DNA from: Kudoa neothunni
Taxonomy: Eukaryota; Animalia; Cnidaria
Direction of reading: 5' to 3'
DNA length: 64,000 nucleotides
Assembly: GCA_964304625.1 (NCBI GenBank)
Contig: OZ199840.1
Coordinates: forward strand, 10,755,024-10,819,023
Positions 53,466 through 64,000 of the stretch are shown piece by piece. Position numbers and translations under genes: made by a program. The notes beneath the pieces are model-generated. The model was not told the DNA's origin. It made no database searches and worked only from the letters and a program-made list of their open reading frames with translations. Every line of letters starts with the position of its first letter. Within the stretch, counting starts at the first letter, position 1.

Positions 53466-55277
53466 CTATTGGAGGTTCCTTCGCACAAGATTCTCCTAAA
53501 GGTAGGCACTCTAATTATATTGCTAAGAAATTTTGATTCACTAAAGTTGCGTAACGGCACTCGATTGGTGGTAAAGTCGTTAATGTCATCTTATTGAGGA
53601 CATTATCGTAATAGGTTGTACCAAAGTAAAAGATTTCTATATTTCGAGAATTCCGATTATTCTTTCAGACACCTCCATTAATTTTAGAAGACTGCAATTG
53701 CCCATCAAACCATGCTTTGCAGCGTCCATAAATAAGGTCTAAGAGCAAATCATCGAAGTTGCCAGTTTATATTTGGAGGAACCGTGTTTTTCTCATGGGC
53801 AGTTGTATGTCGTCAACTCCAGGGCAGGCTCCAAACATAATTTATACGGGTTTTCTCCAAACGGTCTGACTAAAAATATAGTTTATAGGGAGATATTTCG
53901 ATAACTGACTATGCTATCATTTTCTTATTTTTATAGATCTTATTCGCCTACTTGAATTCAGTGTTTATGTAAATTTCATTCAAATTTATTTATATGAAAT
54001 AATGTCTATTTGATTCTATTTTTGGAAATATATCTACAATGACATGTGGAACATTATTCTATTTTCATTAAGTGATAAGAGTATAGACCTTACACGAAAC
54101 ACTTTTATTTGCCAATTTTTTGAGTGAAGAACCGATAACAATCTTCATCCCCGACATTTATTTTAAGATTTAGCAGTAGGTTATGCGATATATGTGCTTC
54201 GTTTACTGTTTGAAGTAATTTTTGTTAATTTCACAAAATAAAAATCTAATACTTCATGCCGCTGATCTAACTTTATGGGGGTTATTGATCGTAACTTGGA
54301 GTGTTATATCAACCTCTATTTTCTTTTTAAAAACGTCGTCAATATCTATCACTGTAATAGGATCAGAAGTTGTTTGGATTCCCAAAAAAAGCTTAAAATG
54401 GTAGATATAGCTATTTTTCCTGTTAAATATATCCTAGGTGTTGGAAAAATACGTACCTGTTCCAAAAACGTGTTGCTGATTAGTGCGAAACTTGCATACG
54501 CAAATTTTCCATAAAATAAATTTTGTAAAATGTCGGTTCGTCATCGTCTTAAAGCTACTACGATCTAGTTACATGGTCAATTTGAACCCAAATCATAAAG
54601 TAACCACAAATCATGATTAAATAAACGCGTTAATTTTAAAAGTGGCTTTGTATTGGGTTGTTATATCTTTGAATAAGCTTGTGGAAGTATTTTGAATTTG
54701 TTTGTCTACATTTTTCAAGATTTCGCGTGTGACGAAATTTCATTGGCAGCCGTTTATAAGATTTCATGTTCAAAATTTAATCTACCACATTGCTGTAGGT
54801 ATGATTCAACTGAAAAGGCCTGTAAAGGATTTCAAGTGAGATTTCAATGTCGGATTCTATATCCCTTTACGCGTCGACTCTAGTATAGTTGTATTCCGTT
54901 CTAATGCCTCACGTATACGTCGCTTTCTATAAGCTTTTCTTAGTTTCTTAACACCATGGACGCATCAAATAATGATGTTGAGATTTAAACGAAATGAGAT
55001 TCATTTGTTAGTATTATAATTTTTTAAATTTATATATATTATGTTTTTTCTGTTTCTTCTTAAATATAATAACTACTTACATTATTAAGTAAAATTTTGT
55101 TACATTTCGTTTACGACTGTTTATTTCGCACAGTAGATTTTCGGCAAATGTTTGTGCTATTAATATAATAAAACGTTTATTGTATTAAAAAATATAATAT
55201 AAAACATTTTTATTTCAATTTTTCCCCATGAATTAGATATTTCCAACACCCCGAGTGTAGTCAGGTATTACGGCTAG
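53466..55277 (+). mobile_element. 3' part of a Helitron (Pif1-like helicase remnant and CTAG terminus)
   Basis: 53470-53904 reads PSHKILLKVGTLIILLRN...NGTRLVVK...RRLQLPIKPCFAASINK...FSHGQLYVVNSR...TKNIVYREIF. The segment ends ccccgagtgtagtcaggtattacggCTAG|T (hairpin-like sequence plus CTAG). That the helicase remnant and this terminus belong to one element is inferred. Confidence 0.8.
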
Positions 55278-55830
55278 TTAACGATATAATTATAAAATGT
55301 GTATTAACTAAATAATATTCAGCTAGCAAGGTCTATCCAAATGTAACTCGAATTATTTTCATTAATGAAACGCATACAACTCTATTAAATATCATCTTTT
55401 AAATGAATATATCAAATTAATAACATAAAACAATGACAAATATTCCTCTAAATTTTACTTGGAATCAATATTTAAAAAATATAATTAAAAATTATAATAA
55501 TTTCAAATCATATTGTTATGTTGGCGTAAAACTTGCTTTTATTATTACTTTTGACCGAACGATTAAATTGATATTCACTCGATATTACACTGGGATTAAA
55601 TTTATCACAATAAAAATATTAAAAATTGTTTGTATAAGTGTCGATTTTTATTGAGAACTTTATAATAAGGAGATTAATTATTGTCTTAAAAAATCAGAAA
55701 ATTAGAATTATAAAAATTACTGTATATTTAATGTTTTTATTCACATCAGTCAGTAAAATTGATTTTATTTAATCGATTTCTAATTTTGACATAAAAATTA
55801 AAAAAATTTTTAAAATATAATTACAGTAAT

Positions 55831-56387
55831 GGATCGGTCGTACGTAATCCCTTTGAGGATGAGGAAATTGTACGTGCTATTGGTCCCGGCCGGATAGTAC
55901 TTTTTTGCTCAAGCGCACAAAATTTTGAACACACAAAACAAGCTGTAACTTAAATATTAATGAAAAGACAATTGTTTTTTTTATTTAAAATTACGATTTA
56001 ATAATGAATAAACATCTGGAATAGAATCAGTCATAAACTCCCATTTTTTGAGCTATGATGTTTAATATAGTTGCCAAACCCTTCTAAATAAAATAACGCC
56101 AACTCTGAAAGGCTCGATTTTTGATCAATAAAATAATCATCCTTTTCTGAATTATTGGGGAGGGACTGTCATTGCGCCATTGTTATTTCTTTGAATTAGA
56201 CAGGACATCATTGTAAACCATACTACTATGTATCTACAACATATGTCAATGATTGATCTTCATTTTTCAACTAGATACCATATTTATGTAACTATAAAAA
56301 CTTTATAATTGTTTAATCGTGGTAAAAATGAAGGAAAACGCTTATTTTAATCACGCGGCAAAAAGAAAAGGTATGTACGACCGATCC
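55831..56387. mobile_element. MITE-like element
   Basis: Perfect 13 bp inverted termini ggatcggtcgtac / gtacgaccgatcc; no clear TSD. Confidence 0.5.
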
Positions 56388-57009
56388 TCACATGACTTTT
56401 TATTTTACATATTTTCGTACTAATTATGCTTAAAGTTATTTGAAGCGAGTAATAATAACATTAAATCATTTTCAAAACAATTTTAAATACGAGAGAACCT
56501 TTTAATATCTAAAATAACTAATGTACGTACGTGCGATGCTACGTACAACCTGTCCTTCGCAGTATAATGAAAAATATAAAAAAAAGAATATTTTCGGGAA
56601 TTTCATCTTTTTAATTATTAATTTATTAGCTTGGGAATTATAAATTTTGAATGTCTAAAAACGATAAAATGACTCAAATTATTAAGAATGTATACTTTTA
56701 TACAAGTAATTTAATTAATTCCTACATAAAAAATTATTATAGGGTATTCTTTGTTTAAATCCGGATGAAGGGATTTACTAGGATTATTAACGAAATTAAA
56801 ATTCAAGAGATACATAAAATGAACTTCGTGAAAAAATATAATTTTTAAGATATGTTTATTCTAAAAGAATAAAATATTTAATTTATACAAAAATTCTAGA
56901 CATTGATTATTGAAATAAATATAAAGTAATTTTACTGTAATTGTAAATAATAACCATCGTTTTATATGGAGTAATATAACGTTTTCTCTAGTAGATGGAA
57001 ATGAGATGT

Positions 57010-59642
57010 TTAGTTCTTGGATTTTCTTGCCATAAAGACCACTCCGCCGATAACCAAGCCCATAGCTCCTATTACCGCGAGGAAACTAAATAAAGATTAT
57101 ATGCAATTTCTTGTTATATTAACATTTTAAAGTTACATCCACCAGTTCTTTTTCATCCAACCACTATAAAAAATAATTTAGATTTAAAAATAAAAAAACT
57201 TATTTTTACCCAGTTCCTTGTCCTAAAAAATATAAATCACAATACATAAATAGTAATTAATAAGTTACTTCCAATTTCAATCTCTTGAATAAGTGCTGCA
57301 GTTTGTCCTTCACCTGACGATAACCGATAACTGTAATTTATATCTATATTGTCCAAGACAACCGAATTGGCACAATCAATGTCATCATCAGTTGATTTTC
57401 CAATCTTCTCAAACAAGAATTTGTCATCTGGATTCGTGGGATTGATTGCGTAAATCACAACGTCACATAAATTCCCTGGCTGAGTCTTGTCTGGTATGAT
57501 TGTTAACCTTTTTTCATCAATGTCAAATGTTATTTCTGGTTTTACTTTATTTTCACTTGGTCCTAAAGTTTGTATTTTAATGTTCATAAATCAATATTTA
57601 TTCACTTATTTGTCGCGACACTTGATAAACTGGATGATTAATGTGACCAGCATGGACCAACTCGATACTTAGGGTTATATTAACAGGTAAATTTATCACA
57701 TAAAATCTTTGAGAACACAAACCCCAACATAGTTTTCCATTCGAACAGGTTGCTATTATTTTTCGCGATTTTCTGGGTATTCTATATCTCACGTAACATT
57801 TCATTTTTGGGAGATAAGACTCATATTGAGTCTCCGTTCTTGGGGTCATAATCATTGTGTCACCAAAAAACAAGGCTTGTGTCCCATCGAATTTAATTGG
57901 AGCTAATAAGATTTAGTATTTATAATAAATATGTATATACTCGTTGCCAGAAGTTTATTAACAACATGCTCTGCAGCACTAGAACTTGATCCTATTTTCA
58001 TCTCAAGTATATATGCTGTGTTAGGAGTTAGAAGTTTCAATGCCGTTTTTCCGGCACACGCATCAGTACATGCTTCGTTTCTACCATCTCCGCATATTTT
58101 GCTCATAGGAATCCCCGGAAGTTTTGCGGGTAACAAGGACGGATAACACTTGTCAGAAGCTTCAGTATCGGTAACTTCATAATTAGCTGATGTTGCTGTG
58201 ATATCAGACAATGTTACAATATTTTTATTGGCTAGATTATATTATATTATTTTATATTTATTTATTAAGAATATACCTTTAATTTTATATTCTTGATGTC
58301 CATGTCTAGTCGTTATTTGGATAGTGTAATCTGTAAGAGCGGATGTACTTTGCCCCGTCAATTCTAGAGTGGTAGCTCCACCACAGTATTTATAGCATTT
58401 TTCATTACCAGTTCCAGTCTGACTACATTTATCCTTATAACTAATATCACCACCCTTTATTTGGAAATTGCAGATTTCATAGTCCATGTATGGATTTTGC
58501 ACTTTTAACGGGAATTTGTCTGATGTACCCGTTTGTGATACGGTGAAAGGAACATATTTAAATTTGTTATCTTTATTATAGAAAGATTTGTTGGCATAGA
58601 ACATGATTTTAGCTTGGGTAGCACCACAGTAAGAGTAGTAGGCATTAGACATTGAGTAGCGAATTGGTACAGTAATATTATATGCAGAACAATTGTTATT
58701 TTCCACCTTGACCAAAGTTGTATCTTGGTTAGTGCTTTTAACTCGGCATTTGTAGTTGTCCGTGCAGAAATTGTTAACACCGAATTGAGCTTCTTCTTCA
58801 CTAAGTGTAACATTAGTTTCAGGAAGTCTTGACATATCTACCAAAAAATAAGCTTAAAAACTAAACTATTTTTATTTACCAGCTGGAACCGCTAATATAT
58901 TAACTTTGATTCCTTCAGTAATTCTGAAATAATGCATCGATCTTCCACTATTAACTTTAATCACAACCTTCTCGTTACATTTAGGTTCGCATATAACTTC
59001 TTCCTCGCCAACAGCTATTCTACACATAATTTCATTGAATTTGGCTCTAACTCCATCTCTAATAAAATGTTCTATTTTGCATTTATCGGCTTCTACTCCA
59101 TTCAAATGAATTGTGATTTCATCCAAGTATTTGGAGATTTCTTGATCAACTATAGGTATATCTTCTGGATTTATTATGGTTTCAATAGGGTCGGCAGTAG
59201 TAGTAGATTCTGTGCTCTCATTTGATGAGGAAGAATCAGTCGAAGATTCGGTATTAGTCTCTGTCTCTGGCTCAGTAACAGTATCAATATCAGTATCAGT
59301 CTCATCATTTTCAATACCATTCTCATTATCGTCTGTAGCGCCAGTAGCATCCGCAGCACCACCATTACCAGTGTCACCAGAAATAACATCTTCACTTTGA
59401 ACCTCTTCAGTGGATTTCATAAGTATCAAGGGAATGCTTGAGGTTGAAGTGTTATCTTGAATAGCATTAATTTGATTATCACCTTCTGGCTGTGGAGCTA
59501 CAGGTACAGGTCGTTCGATTTGTTTGATAAAATACTTATGACAACATACTAAATATGAATAAAATATTTAAAGGAAGATAAAAAGTAATAGTTTACTCGT
59601 CGTAAGAATAGTTGAAAATAAAAACCAAAATGGCAACCTCAT
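57010..59642 (-). CDS. Surface protein copy E (most divergent; N-terminal acidic Ser/Thr-rich region), 9 exons
   Basis: Signal peptide MRLPFWFLFSTILTTICC. Family motifs EICNFQIK, CYKYC, IQITTRH, LTPNTAYILE and LCWGLC...LVHAGH. Microexons at 57210-57222 and 57137-57163; TM and tail WWIFLAVIGAMGLVIGGVVFMARKSKN*. Confidence 0.85.
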
Positions 59643-59943
59643 ATTATATTAATTCTTCGTTATTATCTATTATCGGTATTAATGAGCACCAAATAAATCG
59701 TGCATAAGTTACACAAGGTTCAATACGCTGGATATAACCGGCCTTATCATTAAACGCAAAATAAAATATTTAGCGAATAAAAAAAGGATATATCATGTAA
59801 AAATTATTGCAGAAACAGTAGTTATGAAATTCTAAACATAATGATTGTACGCGTAGATTATAAACCAATGAATCTATTCAAAGTATGAAAGACAAACTAA
59901 TGTATTCATACCTCCTAGTGTATTCATCTATATGTATGTATAA

Positions 59944-60730
59944 CTAGCCGTAATACTCGGCTACGCTTGGGGCGTTAGAAATATCTAATTCAGGGGGAAA
60001 AATTGAAATAAAAATGTTTTATATTATATTTTTTAATATAATAAAAGTTTCATTTTGTTAATAGCACAAACATCTGCCGAAAATTTACTGTGCGAAATAA
60101 ACAGTCATAAACGAAACATAACAAAATTTTACTTAATAATGTAAGTAGTTATTATATTTAAGAAGAAACAGAAAAAACCTAATATAAATAAATTTAAAAA
60201 ATTATAATATTAACAAATGAACCTCATTTAGTTTAAATCCCATCATCATTATTTGATGCATCCATGGTTTTAAGAAACGAAGAAAAGCAAATAGAAATCG
60301 GCGTGTACATGAGGCATTACGACGGAATACAACTATACTACAGTCAACGCGTAAAGGGATATAGAATTCGACATTAAAATCTCACTTGAAATCTTTTATA
60401 TGTCTTTCAGTTGAATCATACCTACAACAATGTGGTAGATTAAATTTTGAACATGAAATCTTATAAACGCTTACCTAAGAAATTTCGTCACACTGAAAAT
60501 CTTGAAAAATACAGACAAACAAATTCAAAATATTTCCACAAGCATATTCAAAGATATAACAACACAGTACAAAGCCACTTTTAAAATTAACGCACACATT
60601 TAACAGGATTTGTGTTTACTTTATGATTTGGGGTCAAATTGACCATGTAACTAGATCGTAGTAGTTTTAAGACGATAACGAACCGACATTTTACAAAATT
60701 TATTTCATGGAAAATTTGCATATGTAAACT
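59944..60730 (-). mobile_element. Helitron 3' non-coding segment; inverted copy of 54490-55277
   Basis: The reverse complement aligns along ~790 bp and ends ccccaagcgtagccgagtattacggCTAG|T. Confidence 0.85.
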
Positions 60731-60847
60731 TAGAATTGATCGGCAGTGTTGTAGTTTCTTAATGCGGCAGAAAATAGACACACAGTTTAGCAAAGGCAAG
60801 AGAGAGGGGATGAGCGATATTTCTATCTACTATGTGTTTATCTAGAA

Positions 60848-61967
60848 CAGGGGTCGGCAACCGATATGACCGGAAGAGCCAAGTATTGATGGCGAGGAAA
60901 GAATTTTCTACTTCCGGAGCCGCATATAAAATTAAGCCTCGAAAATCAAAATATTTAACTTTGAAACCATGAATATATACATTTCAGAAAATAATGGATA
61001 AAATTATCCAATTATTTTGTTCACACGTTTTTCTGTAACTAATTAACCTATTGATTTTATTATTAATATCTTAATGCAGGGGTAGTAATAAAAAAAAAGT
61101 AGCGCTTGAATTTGTCTGATTACTTCAAATAATATTGTAATTTCGTTTTCGATAACTTCCACTATGATGAATTATACGTTTTACCATTGACATCTAAACA
61201 TCAAATATACTATATAAAATTCACTTTCATGAATATTATTTTCAACAAAAAAAATTTAAACCATTTAATTTAATCTTATAAAGTATAAAGAATTACATAC
61301 TTCCTTATGTCTTTTCCTGAATTTAATTATTTTAACGACATTTTATATGGGGTTTTCTTTGTAACAAAACTAAACAACGTTTAATATTACAAGAGAATTC
61401 TTTATAACTGATATATTTTAATGAAAATGTATGTAAAATTACTTTTTTAAATAAAAAAAGTTTTGCATATAAAATAATATGATGTATTTTGTATAATATT
61501 CTAAAAATTTATTTTTAAATAGTTTCAGTTTAATAATAACCTTTTTATTAAGGAGGAATTTTTATTTATGACAAAAAAATTTTTTTTGATTTAAAACCAT
61601 AGACAAAATTGAGAACATTTAGAGTTATTTCGCTTCACTAATTATTGCATATGCATGGTACAATGTTCTACGAGGGATTTTTAATATCTAAAAGTTATTA
61701 GATTTTATAGAATCTTTTTTTTCTATATTTAACTTTAAGTTAAAAATTAAGATAATTAGTTCAAGATGGAGAAATTGGAGTCCCAGACATTCTTTCAACA
61801 CGCGTATATTTCCATTAAAAAATGATTTATATCTGATAAAAATTTAAAATTTGAACGTAATAATTAGTTCAGCAATTAATAATTATACAATTTCTTCGCG
61901 TTTTAACCTTAGATATTGTAGTTTATATTATGCACATAAGGTGGGGAGCCGCAGGTTGCCGACCCTG
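60848..61967. mobile_element. Non-autonomous hAT (Charlie-like) element
   Basis: TIRs caggggtcggcaacc and ggttgccgaccctg; 8 bp TSD atctagaa / atctagga. Confidence 0.88.
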
Positions 61968-62067
61968 ATCTAGGATATGGCAAGCAACACGTTTTCAGAA
62001 TAGTTATGAATTTTTCTAACACCCATTATATGTTTAAAAGGAAAAATAACAATACCTACCATTTTAA

Positions 62068-62930
62068 CCCATTCAGGGTTTTCGTTGCGTTTTCGCAACG
62101 AAATGTATTTGATTATATAACAACATATAAAATTATTATTTTAAATGTATTTTGTTATTTTAAATGCCCAAACATATTGATTTATGGAAACAAATATTAT
62201 TGGAGTTAATTCATATTTTAAGGTTGAACAAAATATGATTTTATGTGCTATTTTTGAAATTCCAACTAGACGAACACCAACTAGAGTTTCGCCTAATACA
62301 GATCATGAAAATCTTAGTAAAAAACATATCAACTGCCAATTGTCATTAAATATCTATAGATGATAATGAATGCATCAAAGGATTAATTAATAAATATTTA
62401 TTTGTAAAAAACATGTGTTGCGAAAACGCAACGAAAACCCCGAACGGGGTAATTGTGCGCACTGTTTTAAATATCACTGTATAATGGATCCAAAATCCTA
62501 CATGAATCTTTTTGATGCGGTCAAAGAGTATGAAGATAACGAAAATCTAGAGTCGATTGATTTTGTGTTATTACCTCCTGAAAAAGTCAACGCGCTTACA
62601 GATACCGAGGATAATTTTGAATCCAATTTTAATGGCATATGTAACATCAATTTAATTCCTGAGACGTATGGAGATATTGAAGTATTTTCTAAGGCTCTTG
62701 AATCCTTCGTAAAGGATGATACCTTGATATGGACTGATAAAATTAATGTCGATTCTACTCAAGAAAAATCAAAATTTTTGTCAGAATGAGACTATATTGA
62801 TCAATCGGATTATGGATAATTTTTCATCAATACTTAAAAGGAACTTAAATTCTTATGGAATTTTTTTGGAGTTATTTGATGAAAATTTATTTAAACTAAT
62901 ATACGTTACACATTTGCAACAAATAGTAAA
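62068..62930 (+). mobile_element. piggyBac left end and 5' part of a transposase (or a piggyBac MITE at 62068-62448 followed by a transposase fragment)
   Basis: TTAA|cccattcagggttttcgttgcgttttcgcaac has an inverted copy at 62417-62448. The downstream peptide IDFVLLPPEKVNALTDTED...YGIFLELFDENLFKLI resembles the PGBD N-terminus. Confidence 0.7.
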
Positions 62931-62979
62931 TAACTTAGTTCATTTATAGTAGACATCATTTTCGTATCATGATTTTTAA

Positions 62980-64000
62980 TCACACATTCAAGTCATCTGA
63001 AAACTTCAGTGGAAGTTTAAAGTAATCTCCGCAAAACTCTGCAGATGTAGCCGCCAACTTTTTTGTAAGCATTGAAGACAGTTTTAATCTTTGAGAAAAG
63101 GTTTGGATAGTGTCTTTAGGTTTGATTTTTACAACTCCCTCATCATGAAAATCTTTAAAATTGTTAACATTTAGAATATTTAAGAAATTATTCGCATGCT
63201 CCCTAGTCCAACGAGAATGGCACAATGATTCATCAAACAAGTTGATTAAGTTGAGTGCACGTTTTTGTAGAATATGACGACAAGGAAGCTTGAATGCTTT
63301 ATGCATTGAACAATTACAGGAGTAATAACTGGAATTTTCTCCTAAAGTGGCTTCTTTTATTTTTGACAATTCTTTTTGGATTATACTTGAAGAATAGGGC
63401 GTGAGATAATTATGATATTTTATGAAAGTCTCATTGTCGTTGGAAGAATCGTATGGTTTTATTAGTTCCATAGCAATGGTGCTTTGCCGCTCAATCCTTT
63501 GTGATTTCAAAAATCGGAAGAAATTGTCGAAAAAATCACTCAAAGTTGAAAACTTTTTTACTACGGTTTTTAGTTTTGCATTAATGGATTCAATTCTGTT
63601 ATTCGTTGTATTATTATAGTAATGCTCAGCCATACTTAATCCAATTATCCATTCCTGGTAAATGGGTAGCCAATTCTTTTTGAAATAATCATTAAGTTCC
63701 TCAACTCCGAGGTCAAAAAGTTCACAACATAAGCGGTCAAAGTTTTCCTTGTTCTTGACATACGTCATTTTTTCTAATATTTGAAGGATAAGTGTTTTTG
63801 TTTCGGTTGTTATACCATACTTTCCGACTTTTATTTCCCGCTGGAACGCTTGTAATACATGGAATTTACATAGTATCAACTTTGTAGAAGGAAATACGAA
63901 ATTTAAACATTTTCGTAACAAATGGTCTTTGTCGGTTATTATTGACATCGTTTTGGATTGTAACCACGGTGCAGCATCCAACAATTAGTTCAGAAACCAT
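62980..64000 (-). mobile_element. MULE/Mutator transposase-like ORF with SWIM zinc finger; 5' end lies beyond the window
   Basis: IITDKD...VFPSTKLILCKFHV (MULE DDE with CxxH), TTNNRIESIN, and SWIM CNCSMHKAFKLPCRH; at least 334 uninterrupted codons. Confidence 0.85.

Noticed and set aside
20893-59400. Antisense and alternate-frame ORFs over the surface genes (e.g. 20893-21141, 30075-30404, 40598-40933, 59176-59400)
   Set aside because: Shadow ORFs of the real exons; their recurrence simply follows the duplication.

Overview
AT-rich eukaryotic nuclear DNA with very short GT-AG introns (about 39-65 nt), so the bacterial-style ORF track splits real genes into pieces. The gene content, compactness and divergence suggest a reduced animal parasite genome such as a myxozoan; this is inference only. 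The first ~16 kb holds housekeeping genes: RanGAP, mitochondrial ribosomal protein S12, RER1 (with four +1 frameshifts), and an HBS1-like GTPase lying head-to-head with a NUDT2-like Nudix hydrolase. From ~17 kb to ~60 kb is a transposon-rich array of five paralogous genes (called A-E here) for a type I membrane protein I do not recognise. Each has a signal peptide, tandem cysteine-rich FN3-like modules on phase-1 exons, two juxtamembrane microexons, one TM helix and a 4-5 aa basic tail. Copies A, B and D are patchwork mosaics of one another, variable in the membrane-distal half and nearly invariant near the membrane. Copy B has a GT>GA change at its first splice donor but is otherwise intact. 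Together these look like a candidate gene-conversion-driven variant surface antigen system. Decayed pogo/Tigger, piggyBac, hAT, Merlin, Helitron and MULE elements are interspersed.
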